From: Pseudogymnoascus verrucosus | Taxonomy: Eukaryota | Strand: one strand, 5' to 3' | NCBI GenBank assembly: GCA_001662655.1 | Contig: KV460214.1 | Length of the DNA stretch: 64,000 nt | In this document: one piece after another, positions 13,489 through 27,000 of the stretch | How the letters are laid out: every line of letters begins with the position of its first letter | How positions within the stretch are numbered: the stretch's first letter is position 1 | The notes under the pieces: generated by a model | Told to the model about the DNA's origin: nothing | What the model saw: only the letters and a program-made list of their open reading frames with translations | Databases searched by the model: none | Made by a program: the position numbers and the translations under genes

Positions 13489-13556
13489 CGTCTTCCCGTT
13501 GTCGCCGTCTTCTCGTTGTTGGCGTCTTCTCCCTGTCGCCGTCTTCTCCCTGTCGT
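13489..13556. repeat. 17-bp imperfect tandem repeat, 4 copies
   Basis: CGTCTTC recurs at 13489, 13506, 13523 and 13540. Confidence 0.75.
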
Positions 13557-14098
13557 CTCCTTAATGCTGTCGTCCCACGCAATACCTCAGACCACGACAT
13601 CTGCAGCCCCGATGATTATATTATTATTAGGGGCTTGCATCTACTTTATTGGCCTAGACTGTCGAGGGCCCGGCCACATTTCACAACTGGTTTAATCGGA
13701 ATCTGTGGAGGAAAAACGAGTATCGAGCAGGCTATTTAACTGTTTCCTTTTTTTCTCACGGCGATTATTGTGTAGATATAATTTCTTGGTAATTATAATG
13801 GACTGTGGTTATTTTGTTGTGGGCTGGTGTTAGGTTCGTTAATTTGAAATAGAAGAAATATTATCTCTTGATATTTTATAATTTTAATATTCCGACATGA
13901 GAAATGTTAAAAATGTAGACATTTAAATGAGACAAATGCGATTTGTAAACCAGTGATATTGGAATTTAAGTCCATATGCTACTTCAAACTACCTGAGCAC
14001 CCAGTAATCACCAAGCATGAAGAGCTCTCTGCGTCTCAATCATCAAACGCCACTCACACATAAATTATCATAACTCCACCCTTTCCACCTCTCCCCGC

Positions 14099-15632
14099 TT
14101 ACATCTTAACAATCTTCTCCATCGCCTCAAGAAGAATATCCGCATGCACCTTATCAAAGATCAACATCGGGCGCAACCTAACCGCGCTCTCTCCCGACCC
14201 CCCAATATTAACCCCCACCGTCTTCGCCTTCTTCAAGAACGCATCACGCTGCGGACTATCAAACGCAATGAACGTTCCTTGTCCCTTGCCCCTGAGATTC
14301 TTAAACTGCCCCGGATACTTCACCGCCAGCTTCTCGATACCCGCATACAAGTAATCGCCCGTCTTGGCGGTGTGCTCAACCAAGTTAAGACGCTTAACCT
14401 CATCAATGATGCCACGGAACAGGATCGCGCGCGCTGGGTCGCCCATCCAGGTGTTAAACTGGCGGTAAGGCTTGTTAGGGCGCAGAGCGGGGTTGCCGTA
14501 GTAGTAACCCGCTGTCTGTGCCTTCTTGGAGAACGTCACCATGTCAGGTGGTGTGGGGAGGTCCCAGTGCTCGTGGGCCCAGAACTTGCCCGTAGCGCCG
14601 ATACCGGTCTGCACCTCGTCAACGATGAAGAGGACGTCGTGCTTAGCGGTCAGCTCGCGCAGGCCGCGGAAGAAGGCAGGGGAAGCGTGGTTATCGCCAC
14701 CCTCGGATTGGATGGGCTCGACGATGACGGCAGCGGGTGGGTGGGGGAAGGTAGTGATGAGGCGCTCGACGTCAGCGAGTGCGTCAGCCTCAGCCTTTGC
14801 ATTCTCGGTAGCGTGCTCCTCGAGCGGGTATTTGAGGAGAGGGAAGGTGGCTTGGGGCCAGTCGAAGGCGGGGATGTCGAGCTTGTGGATGGGCTTGGAG
14901 CGGGTGGTGGAGAGGGTGCCGAAGAGGCGGCCGTGGAAGGCGGATTTGAAGGAGAGGATGGAGAGGTTCGAGGCGCCGGGGAGGGAGTTGTTCATGCAGG
15001 AGGAGAGCTCCTCGGCGGTGAATTCGACGTCGGGGCCGCCGCGGCGCTGTTGGGCTTTGTACATGAATGCGGCTTTGAAGGCGCACTCGTTGGCGTCGGA
15101 GCCGGCGGTGGCGGTGAAGACTTGGTCGAGGCCTTTGGGTGCGACGCTGAGGATGCCGGTCTCGAGGATTTGAGCCCAGTCGTGGGAGGGGAAGTTGCCG
15201 AGTGCGGGGCGGTTGATGAGGGAGTTGATCATCTCGGGGGACTGGGCGGCTTTGGCGAGGGTTGGGTTGTTGTAACCGACTGGGATGGAGGCAATTTGAG
15301 CATAGCTATGAATGATTAGACTTCGACTGCTACTAAGATATATGAATAGAGACTTACACATCGAGGAGGACGTTTCCGTCTGGGTCAACGATGTAGTTGC
15401 CCTTGCTCTGTGTGTAGTCCGCCAGCATGTTGACGGCACGGGTATCAAAGACCTTGTCGAGCTCCTTGATAGCCTGCTGTGACTTTGGGCCCGGGATCTG
15501 AGTCTTAATCTCAGGTCCTGATGGCTCACCAGCGAATAGGGAGGCATAACCGCGGGTTTGCTGAGAGATGCCTGCCTGCAACGCTGTGCGAGCAGCCGGC
15601 TGGAGACGACCAGCAGCTCTGACTGATGCCAT
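14099..15632 (-). CDS. UGA1: 4-aminobutyrate (GABA) aminotransferase
   Basis: Class III aminotransferase motifs FHGR, IVDEVQTG and VTFSKK. Intron 15306..15357. Start MASVRAAGRLQ is presequence-like. Confidence 0.92.
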
Positions 15633-17157
15633 TTCGTCGGTATAAATTAAAAAGCTCAAGAGTAGAAGTAAACTATAAGCGTGATCAGTAAATTTCTTTC
15701 TTTGAAGCTTTAATTGACGTTGTTGATTGAACAAAATCCGTGGCGACCTCATCCAGTGCGGAGAACTTGGAGAAGAGTCCAAGGATGAGATGACGCACTG
15801 GCTCTCAGATGTGTTTGCAGGGACGTACTGTGTAGTTTCCGATCAACTCAATTGACCGTGATAATATATCTTCTTAAGCCCCTACTCTCGCAGTTATATA
15901 GAGTCAAATTCGAGTTCTTGAGAGTAGAAGAAGACGTGGCTATATAGTAATCGCGGAGAAGAAGTGGCCGTCGTCACCTCTTATACTTCCCCTCACAGGT
16001 AGGTACATGCGAGGGCGGTGAAGCGCAATGGAGCGGCTAGGAGAGGGGAAAGCGGGTTAGCAACCCTTGACCCCGCTCTATTCATGGCCATTTACACCAA
16101 TTCAAGCCTTTTTCTGCCGTCCCGTGACTATCGATCGTCGACGCCAATACCATTTCAGGAAGTCCCAGCCGACGAGCTGTGAGGGGGGGACACGAAGGCG
16201 ACGAAAACTGATTTGATAAGAGATACACTTTTATTTTCTGCTTTCTATGGATCTTTCTGTGGAAGGCGACGAGATATTTGCTCATTTTGGGGTATTTTGA
16301 GTAGAATTACAGCTTTATGAGGCTAAGCAATCGAAGAGATCTGTCAGCGGCAGTTATCCTCGTGGAGTTTGTCGTTTCTCGTTCTGCTGTTCTTATCGTC
16401 AGGGAAGTGGTGGCAATCCCCAAATATCCGGGTTATACTGCTGTTGAAGGGTTGATTGAGTGTCCTCCATGTCAAATATCTTCTTAAGAGATGAACTAAT
16501 AATGAGCTTCTTATGTAGACATCTCATCCCGTATTTGGGAAATATATGTTATATATACACATTGCTTACATTGTTTACATGTTGTTGGTGCTCCGTCTCG
16601 GCAGCGGCCCGACAGATCGACGATGATGACTCGTCCCATTGCAACGGCAGATCCAAGAGGAGTTTTTTCAGACGATGTGCACTACGAACTAGTCGCGTCA
16701 TTCCCAAGATCCCCAGCCTCTTGAATTCAATGACCAGAATGCCATCTCGAAGGCCGATAACTCCCGGTGGAGGCAATCCAATATCTCCATGTTTGTACGG
16801 GTTGGCCCTCTCCACATCCTGACCTACCTGACAAAGGTAAGCTTGGGAGTTGTTGTGGGGTAAACATTGGACTGTACCTTCCTGACTGAGCGTATACAGA
16901 CTTTCATAGGTCAATTGGAAATCGGTTTGATCGGCGATCTGCTGTCTGAGACGCATTTAGCACCTCGTGACGTTTTCTTCTGTTGTGTTCCTGAGCAAAG
17001 TCATCTATCTCACTTCCATGCGTGAGAATCGTTCTTCGACCACGCCGCAATTGTATATCTGATCCAGAATGTCTCATCGAAGCTCGTCGTCATAGCCAAG
17101 AAATGCGGGGGAGGCAATGAATAGTGAGACTTTGACCGAAGCTTTGTTTATGATCGA

Positions 17158-17250
17158 CAGGAACATAAACAAATCCGGCATTATCGATCAGGAACATAAA
17201 CAAATCCGGCATTATCGATCAGGAACATAAACAAATCCGGCGTTATCGAT
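17158..17250. repeat. 31-bp tandem repeat, 3 copies
   Basis: CAGGAACATAAACAAATCCGGC(A/G)TTATCGAT three times, with one substitution. Confidence 0.95.
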
Positions 17251-19291
17251 AGTTCCTCCATAGCAACGAAATTGTCAACGATTGGATGCTCGAGCGAGTC
17301 GCACGCCGAGGTGTTGCGATCTTGCGATCGCCCGCCCCTCGCTCCCACTCATTTACCAAACTCTGCACCTGCTACCATTCCACACCCGACTTTATTGATT
17401 TCCTACCACACCGATGGATGCGCGACGCCGATGGTGAGCAAGAGTGTACACAAAGCCTCAATATACATATAACGTTGCCGGCTTTGCGCCTATTCTCCGC
17501 TATTCTACGGCTTCCAACTCTCTTGAAACTTTCGGAGATTCTCCGCACCCAACCTCCCCCTGCTCATTTCAAAATGCCCAGGCTTTCTCCAAACGAAACG
17601 TTCCTTGCATTTCAATTCAGCCCTAAGGCACGGAGGCACGTGGAATTGCTTCACTAACTTCACTAACCTCACTAAACATGCACATAAGAACACGCTAACA
17701 GGGAACTATAGTGAGGAGTGCCGTCCTTCACCCTGCGATCAGATGTAATTCCACCAACAGCGCCCCGTTTTTGGGGGCTGGATAACAGGTTCTCGGCATA
17801 CTAAATCGCGAAAGTTTCGCGACCAGCTTCCTTGATCCCTTCCCTTAAGATATGCGGAATAGCCAATATTTGGTATGCCGTCGGACGATGTTTCGCTCAA
17901 CGCTCAAGGTCTTGGCCAATCCCAGAGGAGGAGCTTTACCTGAACGGTCCAGTTAATCAACAAAGATGACACAATCTCCAGCTTCCAACGCGTCCTCCGT
18001 CAATATTGCAATATTCCCCTCGGAGAACGTATCTCCTGTCTACGCTCCTGTTTGACGATGAGTGCGCTCTGTCTTGGCCATGCCCATTGCCAATCGAGCG
18101 CATACTGGAGGGCAGCGATGTATTAAGATCAATCTCTTTCTCCCTCCCCTTTTCTCATCTGGGACATATCGGTTGCTACAGTTATTTGTCGCACAGTACC
18201 TACATGAAGTGCAGTTATGGAGTGCAGAGTGTACCTGACAGCCACGTTACGAACCAACGATTTTAACTGAACCTGTCTCTTATGCGTGTCGCGAAACTAT
18301 TGGATCGGGGAGTCTGACGCGTCGATCTCTTCCATTGGCTTTCCCCAGACATCGCAATTTTACCTCAAAACTTGGCCGTGCTTTACCACAACCCTGCGTT
18401 AGCTGTTACTTGCAGCCGTGCCTGGATTCTGGTACGGCCCATTGGAAAGTCCGAGACACGTTCAAAGCGCGTTGTCCCACTCCCCCACCTATAGAAGTCT
18501 ATCTTCTATCTCTGACACAGTCGCTGGTGGGATGGTAATATAGATGCATATCCAGTGTGAACTAATTCTCCTTCATCCTCCTTCATTTTCTTCACTTTCA
18601 ATCGTTACTCCATCGACAATTATTTTCTTTTCCATACATACGAATAGTTCTGTTAGAATTATATTCAATCGCTAGCAAATATCGCTATCACTTTCTTTAT
18701 CACTTCCTTGCATATACAATATATATCATATCACCCCACCCTTGATTCGACAATCTTGTCAACTCCTTGAAAGGCCAACGCTCTCTCTGGAACTTCGCGA
18801 CCTAAGAATCTGCGATATCTTTACGGCAAATCGCATTAGCAAGAGAAAGATCAACTTCTTTTCCGTTTTCAACCACCCGGAGAATATTACCCTGAGTTAT
18901 CGCGGCCTCGGCTTCAATACGACAAGGGTTACTTGACAAGGCCTCGTATTCCCATGTGCTATAGCATAACTGCACAAACCCGAAAAAGCTTACCAGCATT
19001 GCAAATCATTTCGACATTCAGCGCCGGATGAGGTTTCCTGGATTATATTGAAGATCTACGAGCGACTGGTCGCCGCTGCAAGAAGCCGTTGCATAACCAC
19101 GGTTACTCGCATCGTCGTTTGTTCTCTCCGTTTGCAGCCCCTCCTTCTCTGCAGAAAAACGGACCGAACCCTGCCTCGTTGCACCTCGCACAATTGGATA
19201 CCGACGTGCTACCAAGACCTGCGAACGCGTCTCTTGGAATACTATAGCTCTATCGACCCCGCAAGTTCTCACACGATAACATCCAAACACA

Positions 19292-20776
19292 ATGGCGGTG
19301 CTGCGAAAGTTGGAGCCGTATGTCGGCGCATTGGCCGTTGCAACTCTGGCCGCGAACCTCGCATTGACTTTCGCATTTGCTATAAATCTCAGAAAGTTTG
19401 GGCATCCAGCTGGGGTACTGGCGTGTGCTTCAGCTGCCCTTGGTGGCCTCTCATTATGCGGCATTGTCTTTGTTGGACTCCGCCGGATATTTTATCAACA
19501 AAGTGGTGAGCCCTCGAAAGCCGCGAGTTGGCGACTTTGGAAATCAACATTGGAGGTTGCGATTATCCTAATCATTTGGAGCCTCTGCGCCATCGCGACA
19601 TTCATCTGGATACTCTGCACCCAAAAGGATGGCTTGCCACTCAATACACTTGGCATGTCCACACAGACTCTTGTCATCATTGCTCTTATTTTATGGGCCG
19701 TTTCGGGCCTCGCGCACTCTCTATATATGATGAGCATCGCGAGTGTAGTTAGGAAAGAGCTGCACGCCGCTCAAGGAGCTGCTGCTGCTGAAGAAGGACA
19801 GGCGGCACCAGAGATGGCTGAGACGTCTAACCCAACAGTGGACGACTCTCAGCGCAGCAATGATAGCTCCACTTACGTTGGCTCTTTGGGATCAACTTCA
19901 ACTGGCTCGATCCAGAAGCGCTCGAGCTCTGAGACTAGGAGTTCTATCCGATATTCGTTCACCAATGCGATCAGGCCGATGACCTCGACAACCCGTCTCA
20001 TTGCCCACAGACAGAGCCATCGGTCTCCATCTATCGAATCTGCTGGAGAGCGCGATTTTATTGGTAGTTTCGATTCGTGGGACACTTCCGGCGTTGAAGG
20101 TCCCGCATGGGAGAGTACTCTCTCTTTCGGAATCATAAACTCTAGCCCGCTCAGCGCCATCCCCTCGCATCCCCGCATCCTCGAGACCATCCCTGCCTCA
20201 CCGACAGTAAGCTCCCGTTCGCAAAGCCCTGGATACACGCTGGACTTCCCACCACCAAGCATCTATGCTCGCCACTCACGGAGCCAGTCGCCTGCGGCCA
20301 GCTTTAGAGAACTCTCCGGCAGCCACAGTCCAGTCGGGAGCGAAAAGCACATTCACCCTCTCTTCCGCTCAGACTCACCTACCCCGCCTCCATCGGCCAC
20401 ACCGACTAGCATCATAACCGCAGCTCCAAATGCGGGTGCGGTAATCTCTGAGATGGCCGTAGCTGTAGTGAGGCGGAAGCGAAGCAGCTCTCAGACGGGT
20501 CGTAGTCCGCTGATCCACACAACTAGCTTTGACAATATTGCGATGGAGGTGAAGAGGGAGATTGGCAAGATTACACAGGAGGTGAGGAGGGAGAGCATGT
20601 CACGGTCAGGCGAAGTGGATATGAGCGAGAAGAACTGGCCGGAATCATCACCTGCTGGTGACCGCGGCATGACTCCTCCGATACCTGAGTGGATTCTAGG
20701 TGCGGGGCAGCGCACATCCTTTCATGGATATTCGAAGAGGAAAAGCGAGAAGGGAGAAGTGATAGGCGGGGGATGA
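19292..20776 (+). CDS. Hypothetical membrane protein (about 4 N-terminal TM helices, Ser/Pro-rich tail)
   Basis: 494-aa uninterrupted ORF with a hydrophobic N-third and a low-complexity tail containing HIHPLFRSDSPTPPP. Confidence 0.8.
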   Translation: MAVLRKLEPYVGALAVATLAANLALTFAFAINLRKFGHPAGVLACASAALGGLSLCGIVFVGLRRIFYQQSGEPSKAASWRLWKSTLEVAIILIIWSLCAIATFIWILCTQKDGLPLNTLGMSTQTLVIIALILWAVSGLAHSLYMMSIASVVRKELHAAQGAAAAEEGQAAPEMAETSNPTVDDSQRSNDSSTYVGSLGSTSTGSIQKRSSSETRSSIRYSFTNAIRPMTSTTRLIAHRQSHRSPSIESAGERDFIGSFDSWDTSGVEGPAWESTLSFGIINSSPLSAIPSHPRILETIPASPTVSSRSQSPGYTLDFPPPSIYARHSRSQSPAASFRELSGSHSPVGSEKHIHPLFRSDSPTPPPSATPTSIITAAPNAGAVISEMAVAVVRRKRSSSQTGRSPLIHTTSFDNIAMEVKREIGKITQEVRRESMSRSGEVDMSEKNWPESSPAGDRGMTPPIPEWILGAGQRTSFHGYSKRKSEKGEVIGGG

Positions 20777-21497
20777 ATGGGGAGTTTAATGGCTCGGAGC
20801 CTGCGGTCTTACTGACGACGTTTGTTTTCTTATGTCTGCATGTTTTGTATTTTTTTGAAGCGCGGGAAATACCACTGGTTTTCACGGAGTGTGGGTTGGG
20901 TGGGATGGGGTGATGGCTCAGGCGTTAATTTGGGAGGGGAGGCAATTTTACGAAAGGAAACAAACTAACTGAAATGTCTGTTATGATGGGATACTTTGGA
21001 TATCTAAAGTCAGTTCTAAAGTCAGCTGAATTGAAAACAATTTAATAATTAAAATAATTAATAAATGGCCTTTATAAGTGAACTTCAACTGATGATTTCT
21101 GTGATTTCTATGATTTCTATGATTTCTGTAACCTTGATAAGGCTTTCGCTTTCATAAGCTCACTCACTCGCCCAGAACGTACTAGCGTCTTTTTAGAGTT
21201 CCAGAGTACGTCGTCGCCTTGCGACCTGGTGTTGGTGGGGAATTCAGCCTTGACGCTAGCCGACTTTCTACTTCGACAGCTCTGCTGTTTGTGGCCTTCA
21301 AGAAGAAACTCCACCAACTCTTTCGATCCAAAAACAACTCTTCTTCACCAAACCCCTCCAAATACAATCTATACACCACTTTTCGACATCTTTCTTTAAA
21401 AAGGGTCGAGTTTCGGGACCTAGTTTCCTTTTTTACTTCTACGAATCACCGCTTCAAGCAACAATAGCTGGTGCCCAGGCGCAACCAGAGAGTCAAG

Positions 21498-23112
21498 ATG
21501 AAGCTCACTTTCAGGGTTTGTCGCCTCACGGATGGGAGAAGGTCGCTGTATATGTTGCTAACGTCGATTTTTCTACTGTAGGATCTGAAGCAACAGAAGT
21601 TTGTTATCGAGGCCGAGCCCACCGAACTGGTACGATACCCTCACTTTCACGATGGCTCGACCCCGCTCCGGGTGGCGCCTAGGGCGCTCCAGACCGATCA
21701 TCGAGCTTGGTGCCGCGAATTGCTTGGGGGACATGACTGACGGTTTTTGTGCTAGATTTCGGATGTTAAGGCCAAGATTGAGAAGGAGAAGGGCTGGGAG
21801 GCTGCTCAGCAGAAGCTGATTTACTCTGGTATGCTTACAAAACATGGACACGCGCAGGAGCTTGGGATACGAGATCACGAAGCTACAACGGACGATTTGG
21901 ATATAGCTGACAATTATCAGGCAAGATCTTGCAAGATGCGAACAGCGTGGAGTCCTACAAGATCGAGGAGAAGGGGTTCATCGTGTGCATGGTCTCAAAG
22001 GTACATTTTCGCCACCAACCGCCCCCAAACTGCCCAAACTCTAACTAATTCGTCCACAGCCCAAGCCAGCTCCAGCAGCAGCAGCAGCGCCCAAAGAACC
22101 CGCCACTCCAGCCCCAGCTGCCTCATCCGCGACCCCAGCGCCCCCTCCCGTCGTAGCCTCGAACACCGGCACAAACACCGGCATCCCCTCCACCCCCTCC
22201 CCCGCCGGCGCCGGCGTCTCCGCAACCAACGCCCCCGCCCCCGCACAACCGCAATTCAACGACCCCTCCGCCCTGACCATCGGCGCCCAGCGCGCCGAGG
22301 CCGTCGCAAACCTCGAGAGCATGGGCTTCGAGCGCGCTAGCATCGACGCCGCCATGCGCGCCGCCTTCTTCAACCCAGACCGCGCTGTCGAGTACCTCCT
22401 CAACGGCATCCCTGAAGACCTGCAGCGCGAGCAGCGCCCTGCTGCCCCGCAGGCCGCCGCCCCTGCCGCTGGGGCCGGTGACGCACAGTCGCCACCCCCC
22501 GCTCAACCCGCCGCCGGCGAGGGCGAGGGCATCAACCTTTTCGAGGCTGCTGCTCAGGCTGGTCGCGGAGGTGCCGGCGGCGGCGCCCGCGGTGCGAACC
22601 CCTTCGCTGCTGCTGCAGGTGCTGGAGCTGGTGCGGGAGCCGCGGGTGCACAGGCCGGACTCGGCAACTTGGATTGGCTGCGTAATAACCCGCAGTTCCA
22701 GCAGCTGAGGCAGGTGGTGCAGCAGCAGCCGCAGATGCTGGAGCCGATCTTGCAGTCGGTTGGCGCGGGGAACCCACAGCTCGCGCAGCTGATTGGACAG
22801 CACCCGGAGCAGTTCTTGCAGTTGCTTGGGGAGGAGGGAGAGGAGGGTGATGCGCTTGCGCCGCCGGGGGCAACGCAGATTAGCGTTACTCCGGAGGAGA
22901 GTGAGGCTATTGAGAGGGTGAGTTTTTATCTTTTTTTCCCATTGGGTTTTTAGGGGTGAGTGTTCTGGTGTGTGCTAACGAATAACCAGCTCTGCGGTCT
23001 CGGCTTCGAGCGCGACCTCGCCATCCAGGCCTACTTCGCATGCGACAAGAACGAGGAGCTGGCCGCGAACTTCCTGTTCGAGCAGCCCGATGAGGATGAT
23101 GGACAGAACTAG
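21498..23112 (+). CDS. RAD23: UV excision repair / ubiquitin shuttle protein Rad23
   Basis: Spliced UBL (MKLTFRDLKQQKF...QKLIYSGKILQD), UBA1 (MGFERA...[13 protein letters not shown]), XPC-binding region ([11 protein letters not shown]) and UBA2 ([27 protein letters not shown]). Five GT-AG introns. Confidence 0.95.
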
Positions 23113-24097
23113 AGCTCTGATCTCTGATCCGAACTGAGCGATCCAACCAATCAATCACCCGATCTACTTCCTTGCGCAAACAACGAGTTTTTTTTGAGGT
23201 TCAAGTGGCCTTGTAGGCTGTTTTTGCTTTTGGGAAGGGCCGCCTGGGGTTGGCTTGGCTGGCTAGGGATGGATGGCATTTTTTTTTAACTTTTTGTTGC
23301 TGCTGCCATGTTAGGCCCGCGGCGAGACGAGATGAGGGCGATATAATGAGCCACCGATTTGACGATTGATGGGAGCCTGGGCGTGGTGTTATGGTGTGAG
23401 AGGAGGGAGTGGGATGAAGGGATTTGTACCTAGTTTGCATATGCTGACTTGCGTCTCTGACGAGAAAAAAAAACTCTTTTTTTGCTGATGGGAGGGTGTT
23501 GTGGTATACAGACGGGTGAAAGGGGGGTTGGTGGGGTGGGGTGATGAGGGGGAGGGGGTGGGATACCAAATAAATGCTATGAAATTCTGAATGGGTTCTT
23601 TATGCTTTGCTTGTGTGTTTAGGACGATTATTCTCACCTGGTTCACGCATAATCTCCCATAGAGACCGTATAGCTCGAATCCCATAACTGATCTACTGTC
23701 AGATCATTCCCTCTTCTCTATCCATCTCTCATCCTATCTCATCCCGAGATCTTCTTTCATAGAATGCCCTGGCCCCTCGTGCTTTGGCCCCCGTAGTGAT
23801 GGCACGGGAGTGGCGGACGTGATAATTCAAGAACGTTGATAGTACGGGATGGAGGTGGAAATTCGAGAACGATGGTATGATTATAGGGATAGTAATAACC
23901 TACCTGTTGTAGGCTTTGGATCTCCATTTAGGGGTGTGTCCATTTCATACTAGATATATATTGCGTTTAACCTGGATTTTACTGTGATATATGTAGTGCT
24001 GGCTACGTGACATATATGTATGAGTATCCCAACCCCCTCCCCCTCCCCTCCAGTCGGGCATCCTCCTTTCACCCTCTGCATACCACAATCCCTACCA

Positions 24098-27000
24098 TCA
24101 GCAAAATAATGTGGCCCATCGGGTCCTCTGCGGCTCAGGTAACACCCTTGAACACCAAGCCGATAGTCCACCTTCAAACTCAAAATCGGCAGTCTCCCAC
24201 TCCTCTGCGAGCCTGTCCTTCCATTCCTCTATCCAAATTTCTTTCCTTTCCCCGGTAGTGGACACGAAGGGCACCATACCTTTGGGGAAGACATCATCGA
24301 ACCGAAGGAATGGGCCGGTGTAGTAAAACTCATGCTGGGGATCGCAGACGCCCACCATAATTTTATCTGACGTAGATGGAGCTGCATCATCTGGATTCGC
24401 GAGAGCCGGCGGGCGAAACATGAGATAGCATCGTCGACATAGTCCCTTGTTGGCACAGGAGCGACAAAAGTACCACCAGTGGACCGTCTTAATCTGGCGC
24501 CTGCAACTTGAGCACTCGATCATAGGGTCAGTGCACAACCATTCACCCACACTAGATACATCATCCAGGCCTGTATCCACACCGGCATCTGCATCTCTAG
24601 TTGTAGTATTGTCGAGTTGTACCCGATCCAGCGATTCAGAAAGATCACCCTGCGTATCGTTGTGTAGCACCTTAAGGCCGAACTCCCCTTTGTCAAAAGC
24701 CCTCACTATTCGCTGGTCGTCTAGCTTGATCATATAAAGGGCCGCGTCTAGGTCTGCGTCGCTACCTCTAATGGCGAGGAATGTCTTGAAGAGGCTCAGA
24801 AAGGCCGCTTTGTCGTTCCACGGATCGTCGTCTGATAATAAGGATACGCACTGTCTTACTCGCCCGCGGAGAGCATTCCGAGCATTTATCATATCCCCGT
24901 GATCGCGAAGCCAGCTCGAAATAACCACACATACATCGCTGTATTCAGCGTCTTTATCCAGTGCTAACGGGGAGCGCTCGGCGAAGGGAATATCTTTGTC
25001 ACTTAGACACAAGGACGCCAAGTCGCAGATTGATCGATTTTGAGCAGGCTTAATGTCCCACTCACCAGATGGCTCAGAGAGGGCTGCAACCTCGTACCAT
25101 CCCTGGATACCTTGGCTAACCTGCCCTTTCTCAAACAAAAGTGTGGCTAGAAAATATCTGAGCTCCGCAAGGTTATTCGCTTCCCAAGTCAAAGGTTCAG
25201 TTTTCCCGAAAAACCCATGGCTATCAATGGCATTCCTCTCCGAAGTTTCGGTGTCAATCTTTCCTATAACCTCCGATATGATATCAACATAACACTGATC
25301 GTCTCGAGTTACGGCATGGTGAAGGACCCTGTACATTGTACGGGGTATTAAACTAAACCATTCCAGGACAAACGCCTTGGAATTATTACCAGGAAAAACC
25401 TGGAGGTGAGTGAAAGCAAAATCCAAGACAGACCGAATACGATGTGGCTGGTAAAGCTCTAAGAAGATGGTGAAGAACGATGTTAGCTGGGGATAAAACC
25501 ACTTGTCAGTGTATTGCTGCAATACATGTTCCCATGCTTTGTCTGCATCCGCCAGTGCATCGTCTGCCAGCTTCGCATGATGTTTCATTTGCGCCGCGTT
25601 CAGTAAACTGGCGATATATTCGGCACTCTTGAGTTTATTGTCCCCTAAAAAGTCCTTACGTAGAGACTCTGATAGCTCAAAATGTAATAATGCCTTCTTG
25701 TGTCTTCCGAGCTTCATAAGTGTACGATAAATGTCTCTGTGAATAACAAACAGAGACAGCGCACTAAGGTTGGGGGATTTCTCGTGTTCGTGGAGAAAGA
25801 TTTGGAACTGATCGAGGGCGTCTTCGTACCACAAACCTAAGCTTAGAGCCTGTGCAACTCGCGCATGCCACATAGGCGTTTTCTGAATATCTTGAAGCTC
25901 TGCGATACGCAAAACTATCTCAGAACTGTCGTAACTTGATTCGTTTGACATTGAGACATCCGCATCGAGCGCAGCATCTCCTGTTTCCAATGTATTATAT
26001 GTTATTAACATATAAGGAAGAACTTCAGGGCTTCCATCGTCCTCATTGATATGCTCTGGGTCTAGCCATAGTCGGGACCAAAACACGGCCATGTGAGAGA
26101 ATAGCACCGTAAAGGGACCTGCATCGCTTGCTGAGTTTTTCAAGAACATCTGTAACGTTTCTGGAAGAAGCCAGTCTAGAACTAGCTGCGACTTTTTGTT
26201 TGCAGCGCTTCGAGTGTCATTATCCATCCAATAGCGACCAAGCTTTGATATTTTAGCCGACGGAGAGGAGGAATACTCATTTGCAAATCGACGAGACCTT
26301 TTCTTAATAATCCACATCATGTTTTCTTCGTGGGTGAAGAGATCCGCAAAAAGGTCGGAAATTTCACCTCTTAGCTTTCCTGGCTCTTGGAAATCTGCAC
26401 ACATGAGATGCGAGGGCAGGAAATCTGTAGCATAGTGCCAAATATCTTGTATCGATCTATCCAAAGTGGGCGAGTCGTATTCCTTAACGGCAAGGAGACA
26501 AACGTATACGAATCTCGCTTCGCCTTGATGGGTGTTGACATTAATAGGCCCGCCATTTTCAGATGCCTTGAAATATTCATAGAATGAACCATGTCGGAGT
26601 GTCACAACATCACTTTTGTCGCGGGTATCTTTGTTTTCGTTGGGCCTCGTCGAGAACAGGGAAGAGTATATAGTGCGGATATCATCTTCGAGATTTAACA
26701 CCTCTTCCTTCAGGATAATTTCTAGCATAATATCCAGTTGCCATACAGTCAGCGGTTTTACCGCTAGTGTGACAAACGAAAGTAGGATATTAAACTGCTC
26801 AATCTGTGCTGCCGTCGTCTCGCCTGCGGACCCTTCATCGTCGTCAGACATATCCGATATAGACAGTTCTTTACTTAGGCGCTGCAGCTCTTGACGCAGC
26901 ATTGCGCTGATTCCTCGCGGCATGGCCTTGACTGCCTTCCGAATCTGCTCTTTTGTCCGACAGCGCAGAACAGATTTGATAACTAAATTGGCCCATTCCC

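Noticed and set aside
14144..15319. 391-aa plus-strand ORF
   Set aside because: It is the antisense shadow of the GC3-rich GABA aminotransferase and has no recognisable motifs.
17158..17250. 31-bp repeats resembling a CRISPR array in unit length
   Set aside because: The units are contiguous with no spacers, there are no cas genes, and the context is eukaryotic.
21093..21130. 9-bp TGATTTCT(A/G) x4 upstream of RAD23 (similar 9-bp x3 at 51531..51557)
   Set aside because: Ordinary slippage microrepeats with no evidence of function.
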